Shown here in pieces: positions 25,882 to 38,044 of a DNA stretch of 64,000 bases. The stretch comes from Macrostomum hystrix. Lineage: Eukaryota > Animalia > Platyhelminthes. A program made the position numbers and the translations under genes. Location: assembly GCA_950097015.1 (NCBI GenBank), contig CATNEN010000038.1, forward strand, positions 33,728,001-33,792,000, given 5' to 3'. The notes below the pieces were generated by a model that made no database searches, was not told where the DNA came from, and was given only the letters and a program-made list of their open reading frames with translations. Every line of letters starts with the position of its first letter. Position 1 is the first letter of the stretch.

Positions 25882-26949
25882 AATTTGAAATTCAATATGA
25901 ATTATATTCAATATATATATCTATTGATTATTTGTTTTAAATAGATTTTTTATAGAACTAATAAGGAATATATTCCCCAAATGTTCCTAATTGCTAATTT
26001 ACACATGTATAAAAATACAAATTAAAAATATAATATTATTTTTAGGGCTGTGACTATCCACTGGCTCTGCAAGATGGAATTTATAATGGAATATTCATTG
26101 CGGCAGAATCATGGTCAAGAATGATTGCTCTTGAAAAAGAAATTGATGCATTTATCACTGACAACAAGGAAAATTCCAATTTATCTGACAGTGTCTTGTC
26201 ACACATGAAAAGCTATTTGTCAAAAGAGCACATTGTTTCTTCTAGTGATCATGACAATGTTGATTGTGATGATTCAGCCGATGATGAATCTTGGTTTCCT
26301 AGTGTTGATCCCAGCATTCAACAACAGCTTTTAGAAAGGCGTAGCAAATCAACACCCCAATAGACATCTTCAATGCGTAAAAAGGGTCCCTAAGCGACAA
26401 CCTTATAATCTAGACTTGAGTATCTTATCGTATCTGCTTTGTTCTTCGCTTTCTTGACAGATCGTGCAAGATATGCCAAGATGGTCTTCTAGCACAATGA
26501 ATTGCTTTGGTGTCTTGACAGGTCTTTCAAGACCTTGCAAAAGGGGGTAGCAATTAAAATGTCGAGATTGAACAGTTTAAAATTTTATACGCGACTGCAA
26601 TGGCATGTTTTTTTAAAAAAATGTTTTTAATACTCAAAATTGTTCTTCTATGGTTTTTAGAGACATATTTTAAATCGACTGATATAGCACTGCAAAAGCG
26701 TAAAAAACTATTTACCAACAAATAAAAGCAGTTTGTAATTTTATCTCAGTTAAAATCTGTTTCTTCTATATATATTGATATTTATATATTGCTTTTATCT
26801 TTCAGATTTTTAAAACAGAATTTTTATTTGCTAATATAAAAAAAACAAGATGGCCGCCATTGCTTTTTTAAATTGTCTTGCGCTCGCGCTTCTGCATCTT
26901 AAGCCAAGGCAAAGTTAAGCACGTTGAAAATAGAAATATGAAATAGTAT

Positions 26950-29277
26950 AGGCTGTTGAAATAGTTGCGGGTTTGCAATCCGATGATCTGTCCTCGTGAA
27001 GGAAAGGGGTGTGGGGATGGCGATAGAGTCAGAAGTCGTACCGCAAAGTCTCGCGAGTTGCCGCGGAAAGAGGGATGAAGGGAGAGATGAAGGGAGAGAC
27101 AGTGGATGCAGGGGGTGGTCCTCTCGGCCTCAGGCTGGCCAGTCCCACTCAACCCATAGGCCACAGGCATGACTGCCGTGCCTACCCCAAGCAGTGCTCG
27201 AAACCGGCTAAAAGTCTAAATAGATGTCGGACTACCCGCAAGCGGATAGGACAGGGCTATGTAGCCTACTGTCATCAGTAGCATGTTCGTAACTGACCCC
27301 TAACCTTGGTAGCAGTGGTCGACTCGGCCTAGGCTCTTGTCTTAGAAATGCGGAAAGGCTATCGGCAAAGCGGAAAATGATCTAGGGTAGCGCCACCACC
27401 CAATGCGCCTACGTTGCCACCGCAGACATTTGGGAACTTGGGTCCCCGGAGCTCGCAGCTCCTAGTTTGTCACACAGATCTTAGACAAGCCGAAAAATAG
27501 AGCCTTCTGTAACTTCCGTTTTAGACTAGGGTGAAAACCCCAGAATGGATCGAGACACGCCTCACCAGGGGATTCCTGAATCTGCGCTACAGTGGTCTAG
27601 AAAGGTGGTACTCAGAACCTGAAAGAGAAATCCATAGCCAGAATCCTACTCATGGGACATCAGACACATTCTGTACATTAGACTGCAGCCTACGCATTAG
27701 ATAACTAGCAATCCGAGTCTGTGTGAGCTGAGGAAAACAGAGGCAGGAGAGATTAAGCTGAACACTGGCTGAGTGATTATGCAAGCGTAAGATTACATGA
27801 TCATCACCCTCGCTTCCGTGGCGGCGGATGCGAGAGGCGGGGAACAGAAGGAAGACTCAATCGGCAGGGGAGTTTGACACGCACTCCTCGATCCGCCAGG
27901 AAGAGAGGAATAACCCGCCAAGGAATTCCCACCCCTGGGCAGAAAGAAAACACGTGCTACACTCCGCATTTTACTTGCAAATCCCTAGCTCCATATTGCT
28001 CTCATACGCGCTTACAATTGCCTCCTGCCGCAGCTTTCAGCTCGGCTGTGCCAGAGCCCATTCCCCTAATAGATTAGCCACTCATGGTAGAGGGCTGTCT
28101 AAGGTGAAAATAAAGGGAAAGTAATAGCATGGCGGAAGGATTTAAATTGTTATTAAATTGGCCTAATGTTTGAATAATTGGCTAGTAATTACCGCTTTTA
28201 TTAGGCTAGATAAATCCCTCGCCCAAGCCCGTAGCTTCCGCCTAGACTAAAGAAAGGTCCCTTAGGACTAACAATGGTAAAACCGCTGCGCGGGTTACTT
28301 AGCTGATGTCGCTTCGGCCGCGTGCTGCAATCCCGTTGTTCTCGGGGAAGAGGATGGGGTAAGACAGCAAAGGCCGGGAAGGGAAAGATGCTGCGAGTCG
28401 GCAGGGGCCCACACGCTTGGAGCTCAACGCTCAATTTAAACGGCTCACCTAAAAAGGTGGCTCGCGCTCAGGGGGAAAGGGGACAGGCAATGGGCCCGCG
28501 CTAACTGTGGAGCTATGAGCTCTAGGGTCTAGGCCCTAAGTGGGTCCGGAAAGGTGCTCTGGGTCCGGTGGGAGTCCGGCCCGGCAAAAGTAAACCGGCA
28601 GGGAGGAAGGGGAAGAGCCGGTGGGAGAAAAGAGGTCCTAGGGGGAGCAGCGCAGCACGCTTGCTTAAATAGTCTTGCAGCACGCCAACCCCGACATCCA
28701 TCAAAATAACCCACATTCGCGCCAGCCTGTCATCGAGGAATTGAAGCGGCGATTGCCGCCCCAATTGCCCAATGAACCGGCGGCGGGAAACGACAGGTGC
28801 CCATCGAGAGCAGCCATCGGCAGACGGCCAACAATTGTTACTCCGCCGGGACAATGGAAGCGCAGGCGCCGACCTGCCTACAGTGACATTTACGAGTATC
28901 TACAAGGGGGAGATCATAAAGTCGAGCTGGGCTCGAATACTGTAAAGAAGAGGGGACATGAAGAATTTAATGATCACTCATAACGCGCGAGTGAGCCCCT
29001 ATATCTGATCGCGGTTTGGAGGGGAATTATGACCTAAACTAGTTCATACAGTAACATTATGGCCGCGATCAGTCATTCCTACGGGGAGTCTAGACAACTC
29101 CGGAGAGAGAGGATTCGACAGCTACTTGATTCACCGCCGCCTCAAACCCGGCCCTAAGATTAATGATCTTGTTTTGTGGCCAGCTGCTATGTGGGTCGCA
29201 ATTATTAGTTACTTAAAAATTTGAAAAATTATGCTGGCTCACATTCCCACTCGATTCCCGCAGCACACTCCACATCA
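26950..29277. repeat. Unclassified ~2.3-kb interspersed repeat, copy 2
   Basis: Homologous to copy 1 over nearly its whole length, more diverged outside the core; left boundary approximate. Confidence 0.85.
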
Positions 29278-29969
29278 CTGTACCGATTACACTGCTCTAG
29301 TGTTCAAAAGGAAAAATTACATATGTTGCAACAATTAGTATTGATTTTGAAAATTAAGGTGTAAAACTAAAGTTTTTGTCTTAGACTATAGTCAGCGTCA
29401 GGGCTTGGCCCCAATCAATCCCAATGTTTGGCCTAATGCTATGTCTCATAATTTATTTAGCTAGGCCTATCATTGACATAATATCAACTTACCAAGTCAC
29501 TGTTGTATATGGCCTAACTATAGAGTTTTTAAATTGCTTACAATTAGACTTTACTTTAAATGTTAGGCTAGGCTACATAAGAGTTTAGATAAAGGAATTA
29601 AGATTTTTGCTAAAATCTTAAGACCTAGCATATAATTAAAAAAATATAGCTAGAATAGAAGATTTATCATATCTCTACAACTCTAGCTAACTGAGTAGAA
29701 TAATTATATTTATGTTGTTAGGGGGCCTAGTTGGGCTTCTTGAAGTTTAGGTATATAAAATAGTACTAGATGGCTTTTGACAATAATTTTGTCAGTTATT
29801 TTGTTTGTTGTATGTTTGGAATTTTGTTTGTCACCAAGTCAGTTATGCAGCTCGGTGCTCAATATCTCGTATACATTTAATATATTGCTAATTTAATCAC
29901 CCATTAGTATAATTAGATACTCACTTTACTATATATTTATTTAATTTTTTATCACAGAATAAAATAATA

Positions 29970-32254
29970 ATGGCGTCAGGCTCAGGCGCAATGAGTGCAC
30001 TGAAGCGCACACGTGTGCAGCCACTCTCCGTCAGCCAACTGGAAAAGATTAAGAGCACCTATACAATGCTATGGTATAACAGCACTCAGACATTTTCCGA
30101 AGTTCTGCAGCTTTCTAGCAGCCACTTTAAATCATATATGCCAATAATAAGGCTAGGATGGAAAACGGTAAGCAGTTTTAAGTGTGATAAACTATGATCT
30201 ACATAGGGCCATATAGCTAATGTTAATTTTCACTGTGCTTTTCACTAATATTATGTATCATTATAACATCTATATTTATTGTGACTGTTGAATTATTTAA
30301 TTTATATATATATATATAATATAATACAGTAGTTTACCTATTTATTTACCAATCTTTCTATTGCTTTATCCAGTTTTCATGAAAACTTTTCACTTTTATT
30401 GAATTTTTATCTGTAAAAACTGGTATCAATCAATGAAAAATTGTGTTAGAACAATTTTTTACCAAATTAATTTGTACCGAAAAAATGTTGTATTTTTTCA
30501 ACATAGCTCCTTTTGCCTATATTTGCTAGATAAATACAACTTTGTATTAATTTTTTAGGCTACACTATGTTTTTTGCACTACATTATATGTGATTGTAGT
30601 TGTATGCGTAACTTTTTATTAATTTACAGCAAGGCTATTTCCTCCTATTCTTTCAAGCATATAAATGTTAAATATTTTCTGTAAAGTTTAACTATAAAGT
30701 TTTTAGCTTGATTGAAATTCAAATTATTAGATTTTAATAAATCAAATATTAGGCTAATGTTTTGTTTATTATTTCAATATGAAAAATAATACAACACGAG
30801 TTTTTTATATACTGTCTAAGTATATGCATACATAGTATACCATTAAAGTATTTCAGCTTATTTATTCATTGTCTTGTCACAAATTTGCATCATATTTTAA
30901 TCATGTTAAATTGTTTGCATAATAAGATAAAGTTATATGCTAAGTAAGCATCAAATCAGTTAATGTGGAACAATAATATAATTAGATTTAATGAGGTAAG
31001 GTTATCCTAAATGTTTAGTTAGTGAACACATTTTGCACTCCACAAATGTTATGCAGTCAAAGTAGGTCAAATATCAATCTTTTAACTGTAAACTTGGATC
31101 AATTTAATATACAATTTGTCTGTTTGGCATAACAGTTTATCTTATTCTTTAAACCATTACTAGGGTTCTACAATCTTCATTCACGACAAAGGCCAAAAGC
31201 ACATGGCTACTGTTCTGTGCCTCGGGGACCTAATCAAGACAACCGAATTCAGTGGGCAGCTTGACAAGCAAATTGAGATGAGAAGTGGCTATGAAACAGA
31301 GCAAGCTCTTGCTTTTGCTGAAAGATTCGATATTGATGACGATGTGCCTGACAATGATGAGATGGATGAAAACTACTCAGCAACTGACAGATCTGAAGAT
31401 GATGACGACTCCTCGGGAGAAAGCCAGCAAATCGAGTCCAAGAAGCGAAAAGTTGCTCAAGTAGAAGCTGCGAAGCTCAAAGCTTTGAAGACTGCAGGTT
31501 TGTCGAGCACACCAAAAAGCAAGCGCAAGGGTATCGCTTCTGTGGATGGAAGTCTGGCAAATTGCCATTTGCTTTCAAATGCAACCCTCGTGACGAGCAT
31601 TGGGCAACACTCGGCAAGCGATCTTATTGCGAACTGTGTGGAGACACCTACCAATAAGGACCAAAGGCGTGATGGTGACAAGGGCAACCAACCAGAGTGT
31701 GGCATTGGCGCTGCTACTGATGCGATGACGGCATCAAAAAATCAGGCATGGCTCTGCTCCTTAGAAAAGTCGACCAACTTATCGCGCTACAGAAAGAGGG
31801 AAACTTTGAGAGACATAGCACGTAATACCGACCCCTCAGTGGTACAAGACACCGACATGGAGCTCATGGGCTGTGACGGAAGGACATTTCGTATTGACGA
31901 GCTGACCGCTACTAACCCATCACTCTTTGCCCTTTCGTGCGTCGATAAGATGATGGGCAAGGAGTACATCAAGCTCCACCGTTTTGAGCAGCGCAATGTG
32001 GACGCCTTGGACAACTGTGTTGCTGCAGATGCCGAGATAATCGATAAGTTGAAAGGTACGAAAACAGTTTTGCACTTTTGCACTTATGATCTTTGATTTT
32101 CAAAAGCTCGCGCTTATTGTGCCATTCTCCAACCGTTGCAGCCGCGTTGGTTGCACGCTTCGGAACGACGCATTGGTACACAGTGAGGTTGTCACTGAAT
32201 CAGGCGTCGAGAGACTGTGCAAACCTTGCGAAGCGCAGCGCGAAAAAGAAGTAG
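29970..32254 (+). CDS. 3-exon EnSpm accessory protein (~400 aa) with C-terminal BEN-like domain
   Basis: Exons 29970-30167, 31164-32055 and 32142-32254 join in frame through GT-AG introns. C-terminus NPSLFALSCVDKMMGKE..DAEIIDKLKAALVARF..WYTVRLSLNQASRD resembles BEN helices. Confidence 0.65.
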
Positions 32255-33017
32255 AAGAAATGAAGCAGCTGTGCAGCACCGTACGTGCCATTTTCTATTC
32301 AGCCTTTACTCACTTTTATTTGACTTTCATTCTCCATTCACTGTCGTCTACTCCACTCTCTCTGTCTGTCTCCCTCACTCTGCAAGATGCAATTCTGCAT
32401 CTTGATACTTTGCAAATGTAGTATATTTAGTTATGTTGCAGCTGCTAAAGTTGCATTTGCTAAAGTTAAAGCTCAAAGGTTGCAGTCGCATTGCATTACT
32501 TCGTTGCAGATAATACGATGCTCAAGAAAAGTTTTTGTATTTATCCAGCCAGCACTGTGCCTCAACGCAGATAGCGATTTGCGCTTGAACACTCTAATTT
32601 TCTCAATTTATCGTAAATTTCGTATTAATTTGTCTTCTTCTAAAACAAAATAAATACATTTTATTAGATCAAAATTCTTTTGGTCGGCAGTAAATTTTTC
32701 AATTTATTTTAATGCTTTAGATTGAGGAAACATTTACAGCTGATTTACAGTTTCAAGCAACATGTACAGTCTGTGTACCCTATATGTGAACAAGATAAAT
32801 ACTAGGCATAAGCATACAAATGGACAATTTGCATACTCTCATACACGGGTATTACAGGAAAGCAAATAGGCAGAGCAAAGATAGACAAGTAGACATGGAC
32901 ACCAGCTAAAGGCTGTATAACTGTAGGCGGTTGCATTACGTGCTCACTTGGCTGTCCCAGTTCCAACCTTCACTGTTGCATCCTCGAATCGATTTCATTG
33001 CAGCTCTGTTGCGCTGC

Positions 33018-35520
33018 ATGACTGGTGCGTACCCGCGGAGATCGTTTGACAGCCGTCGGCTCGCGAGATTCCTACGGGATGGTCGCGAAAATGACCCGTG
33101 CTCTAGCAATGACGGGGCCTTCGAGCACTTCAGATCTTCAACCGATAGCACATCCACAGAAGACGAGGCGGAAGCGCTGTTGCAAGAAGGCAGCAACAAA
33201 AGACAGAGGCTTTGCTCCTCCACCTCGGGCGAAAGTTCGGCTGCAGTCGAAGTCGACGGAAATGAAGAACCTGCGCCAACAAAACAGCAATCAGACAAGT
33301 TGAAACAAGCCGCTGCTTATCTTTACCATCAGTTGACAAGCAACATCTCTGAAGCCGCTCTAGAGAGCTCTTTAAAGTTAGCGTTAGCGTTTGGTGCGAC
33401 AGTTCCGGCGACTGCTAGGACAGTGAAAAGCATTGTGAAGAAAGAGCTGGGCGATTACGCCCAGTGGGTGCGTCGACTGGACTTGTGTGTGTCGTGCAAC
33501 AACTTGAAGGAAGCCTGTATATGCCAGCAAGGACAATTCGGCACATTTTTTTCAAATGGATGTCCTCGCGCAAATACGAATGCTGATTGAATCCTACCAC
33601 TGCGATTTGCGGAAGCATTTTACTGATGTTCAGAGTGGCCAAGTACAGGATGTGCTTTCTGACTGCGCGGCCGAATTGACGTCCCCATTTGACCTGCAAC
33701 TTATTTTGAATGCAGATGGAGCCTGCTTTTACAGCAACAAGCAGCTGACAATGTGGCCCATTCAGTGCTCGGTGGTGAACTTCAATCCAAGGCTGCGACA
33801 GTCAGCACGAACACTGATCTTGTTTGGCTTGTGGTGCAGCCCATCAAAGCCGAAATGGGAGCTGGTGCTGTCGCCTGTGCTGCAACAGTTTCCTCTTGAG
33901 GGATCGCTGCACCTTAGCAATTCAGATGCTCCGATTAACTTCACCGTCCGAGTGAGCTACATTATTTGCGACCTGCCCGCACTTGCAACGATTCTGAACA
34001 TGAATCAGTACAACGGAAATTATGCTTGCCCGCTGTGCTACGATCCTGGCTACTCCTTCAGGACAGCAAAAGGTGGCAACATAATGTTGTACAGCATTGA
34101 TGGAGATCGCCACTCATGTCGAACCAGCAGCGAATTTGCAGAACACGGCGAACTAGCCGAAAGCGCAGGCAAAAACACTGTGTACGGCATTAAAGGACTG
34201 TCGGCAATGCGGCACAGCGGCACTGTGTTACCAGACGCTGTGATCCTTGACACAATGCATCTGCTCCACGAAGGTGTCATTAAGAAAATCGTGCAGCGCA
34301 TTAGTGAAAACATGGTTGGTCGGCATGCGCTGAAAGCCTTGAACCAGACTCTGTGCGCTGTTGCAGTTCCTCACGAATTCGAGAGGTTCAAGCCTTTGGA
34401 CAATTCATTGAGCCAATGGAAAGCACATGATTTTCGAAATTTTGCGCTTTACGCCATGGTGCCTGTCGTGCTGCCCTTCGTGGGGAACAGCAGAAGCGCG
34501 GTCAGGCTATTGTTTTCGTTAATGGCTGTGGCGCCGTCGGTCTATCGCGGCCAGGCGCATTGATAGCCTGAGCGTGGGCGGGCACGGTGCCGCCAATGTC
34601 CTTTAACTCTTCACTGACCTATTAATGTACATGCCTATTGTGTGGCACGTGGCCACCGCTCAATAATATCGCACGTTGTACTTGTATCTCGCGTTCTATA
34701 TAAGTGATGTGACTGATGCACAAATATATTTTCGTGTTCGCTCCAAACTAACAAACATAAGAGTCACTCTAAACGACACGACAATGGCAACCATCATTTT
34801 CCTGTACGACGGTCGCCAGGCAAGCTGTTCAACAGCCATCAGGCTCTTTCTAAGAGAGCTGAAGAAGTCATGCCCACTGACCATGCAAACATTAAACCCA
34901 TTCTTCTGCATCTACCTGAGCAAGTGGGACGCTTTGGCTCCATCGCTAACGCTTCAATGTTTGCTTTCGAGGCTCGCCTGCTGCACTTAAAGCGGTTCAT
35001 CAAGGGAACGCAGAGTCATCCCCGACAAATTGCAGAGAGGTTTTGCTTACTGAAGATGCTGGAGTGGTACTTGCATGACAACGAGCACATGAAGAACATC
35101 ATTTCTATCTTCAAGCCATCAACAAAGCAGCCTCTGACCGGCACTTGCACGCTAAACGACACGGTGTATCACTCGATGAGTTATGCCCGCCGAGGCGAGT
35201 CTGTCAGCTACGTGTGCGAGTTTGCTTCTGGCGCAACAATTGGTTCGCAGTTTGGCAAGATTTTGGGCTTCGACCTGGTGGCTCAACGGGCGCGCATTGC
35301 CGTGTTTCAGCACGTGGCACCTTTGCAAACGCATTTTTGCCCTGACTTTACGGAGCTTCCCGACGTGAACGCATTCGTCACCAGGGCTGCCGACGAATCA
35401 GACCTGCCGACTGCGCAAGTAGCCCTCACAGACATTCGCTGCAAATGCTTCTTCATTCCCATCCCAGCATCTGACCATTTTGCCGTGATTCCCATCACCA
35501 CCGCCTTCGAACACAATTAG
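33018..35520 (+). pseudogene. EnSpm-type transposase (distinct subfamily), with frameshift and MITE insertion
   Basis: LNADG..WPIQC, CDLPA..QYNGNYACPLC, DTMHLLHEGV, WKAHDFRNF, LLHLPEQV..SMFAFE. Confidence 0.88.
34530..34817. mobile_element. Small MITE-like insertion in the transposase
   Basis: Non-coding ~290 bp bounded by GGCGCCGTCG / CGACGGTCGCC inverted ends; no clear TSD. Confidence 0.5.
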
Positions 35521-36399
35521 CGCGCATCCATTGCATCATGTCTTATGTCTCGTTAATTTTCGTCTTTGTCTCATAGTTCGTCGTTCATCGTTCTTATCAT
35601 TCATCTTCAGTGCTTGTCACCCTATACTGTTAACTCATTGCTCATCTTTATTGTTCCATTGCTCGTACCCCCATTGCTCATTCTTATTTCCCTTTTGCTC
35701 ACGGCTCTAATTATTGTCCTATTGCTTATCCCTACTGCTCATTATTGTTTGTCTGTCTGTCTGCCCCGTCATGTCTGTCGCGCTTTTTTATACAATGCAC
35801 TTACCCAGCATTTTAAAGTGTAAGAATTGGAGTTCATGAGATATATAGTCGGCGCTATAAATAAATTTGCGCCTTATTGATTTCTCATCCACAAAATGGC
35901 AAATGTGAATTAATTGTTTGTCTTTTTCAGCTGAGCAGGAGCTCGGGAGCAGGACCTGTGACCGCGCGTTACAGTCCAGAAGTGCGGGTTAAAGTAATAA
36001 TACTGCATACATATCTTACAAGATCTGTTTTTAACTTGCGATTCTGGCAATGATCTTGGCACGTTTCTTAACAGATCGTAGCAGATCGGCCAAGATCCAT
36101 GAAAAGATTTCTCAAGGTCTTGCAGGAACTTATAAGAAAAAGGTTGTAAGAATTTTCAAGTTAACTCAAGGTTTGTCGCTTAGGGGTGCTAATATTTCTA
36201 GTCAGCAAGTGACAAATCTAGCAGCTAGACGGCTAGAAGATTCAACTTCTTCACTTGCTGTCATTGCCAACGAGGAGCAACGTGGCCTTCCAAGTGGGCT
36301 GCTACCTCAGGATCCTGAACCAGCACAGCTGTGTGCCAAAAACAACAATATGGAGTCTGAATTTTTGACCAAGGCTGAATTCCAACAAGGAATGGGTAA

Positions 36400-36990
36400 G
36401 ACCCAGGTCTCCGACCTTGGCGGGGACAAGCCGTCAATCTTCATCCTGAAGTTGCGCAGCACGATGGAGCAGTGCCAAATCCAACCTGATGAGGAGCTGC
36501 TCAAGGCCACACTAATGCGTTGCCTACCACAGGAAATGCGCATCGCCCTCTCGGGATTTCAACAGCAGCCATCGCAGCAACTTTCTGAGATTGCTGACTC
36601 AATGCTGGTCGTGCGGGGCCTTAGTTCTCCATCACCAACAACGGTCTGCCCAGTGCAGCAGCCCCGTGCGGATAGGCCCGAACATCGCTTTGATCACCAC
36701 CCACACTGGCAAGCACCTGCTGGCAAGCCCAATGGCACTGATCCATTTAAACCGGGCCAACGTCCCGTGGTCTGCCGCTCACACCTGTACTACGGCCGCC
36801 GTGCTCGGTCGTGCCGCAACTGTTGCCAGTTTCCTAAAGACGACTCGCGCCCGATTCGAGTCCTGCACCCCAACGAGAAAAAGCCATCACAGTCGCGTTC
36901 CTCATCTCCGTCTCGGCAACCGGAAAACTGAGTTGCACTGCGACCGAGGTCACGGCGCGCAGTGCCCAGACGCAGTCGACCACTTGTTTG
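36400..36990 (+). pseudogene. Gypsy gag fragment
   Basis: LGGDKPSIFILKLR..LPQEMRIAL..IADSML and a CRSHLYYGRRARSCRNCC knuckle typical of Gypsy gag; no LTRs seen. Confidence 0.7.
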
Positions 36991-38044
36991 GAGTTGGACG
37001 TTAAAATCAATGTTACCTATCACAAGTTTAGGTAATTTAGGTATGCATATATAAACAGAAAACTTTAATTTAAATATAGCAATTTAAGTACAAAAAAACT
37101 ATTAAATAGGCCTAAACACTTTATTTTTTGTAATTTTAGGAACACATTACCTTGTAATATATTCAGAGGCCGTGATATTCAGGTATTTTTTTCAATCAAG
37201 CCAGCTTAATTTTAGAACTTTGACTAGCATGTTTTGCCTCCCTTCGGGGAGCCATATTCTGTATATTCAGTACCCAAAAGTGAAAATACTACGATAATGT
37301 TCTCTTTTTAAAATTGCAATTTTTTGGAGATCGTTAATAACGCATTCTAGGTAAAACAAAACTATCAACTTTTTTACGGTTTCTTAGTTTAGAGCCTTAT
37401 ATGTCAACGTGTTTGGTAAAAATGGTCTTACTAATTTTATACATAAAATTGTTCAGAGCAGTTTCTTAGTTAATACTGAAAATGAAATTAACTTTTATTC
37501 CACGAAATTCCGACTAACCGAGAAATGACTTGCTATATTCCGACTTTCTTTTTGCTTGCATTGCTCATGTGTACTACAGTTGTATACACATCCCGACAAA
37601 AATTTGACTTTCTTTATTTGTATGTGACTTTCTAAGCCCTGCTCATCGTACTAACTGCAACTGCAATTGCTGCGTTTTAATGAAAAAAAGCGCTTGTTTA
37701 TAGCAGTATTTTAATTAGTTACATTTGCAAGATCAATTTGTTTTGCTACATGAAGTAATGTTAATCTTTTTTTTTGTTTTTGGGATTTTGAAATCGTAGC
37801 TTTTGTCATTTGCTTCTACGAGTAGGCCCATATTCAGCATAGACTCAGAACAGTTTCTTGTTAAACAGTATTTTTACTATAAGTGCTTCAATTTTACTTT
37901 CCCCACCCCTCTGAATCAATTATGCATGCATGAATTTATAGTTAAAAACTCCGGATCAGAGTAGACTACATTGGGCTTTTACTATTTTCGACATAGTCTG
38001 TCTTTTTTACTTTCTCATTGAAATTTTATTCTTTTGATTATTTG

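Larger units (their letters stand above)
26388..36185 (+). mobile_element. CMC/EnSpm DNA transposon #3 (accessory gene upstream of transposase)
   Basis: TIR CCCTAAGCGACAACC / GGTTTGTCGCTTAGGG; 2-bp TSD GT; TCTTG/CAAGA subterminal repeats at both ends. Confidence 0.9.
23076..36394 (+). pseudogene. Older spliced gene (probable EnSpm accessory gene) interrupted by repeat copy 1 and EnSpm #3
   Basis: Small GT-AG exons near 23060-23265 and a large exon from ~26046. The exon frame (..SMRKKG|ANISSQ..QQGM|gtaag) rejoins exactly when 26388-36187 is removed. Confidence 0.5.

Noticed and set aside
36050-36931. 293-aa ORF as a novel gene
   Set aside because: Accidental chimera of the EnSpm #3 right end, the resumed host exon and a Gypsy gag fragment.
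37587-37615. Left TIR of EnSpm #4 pairing with ~54524
   Set aside because: Only ~5 bp of complementarity and no TSD.
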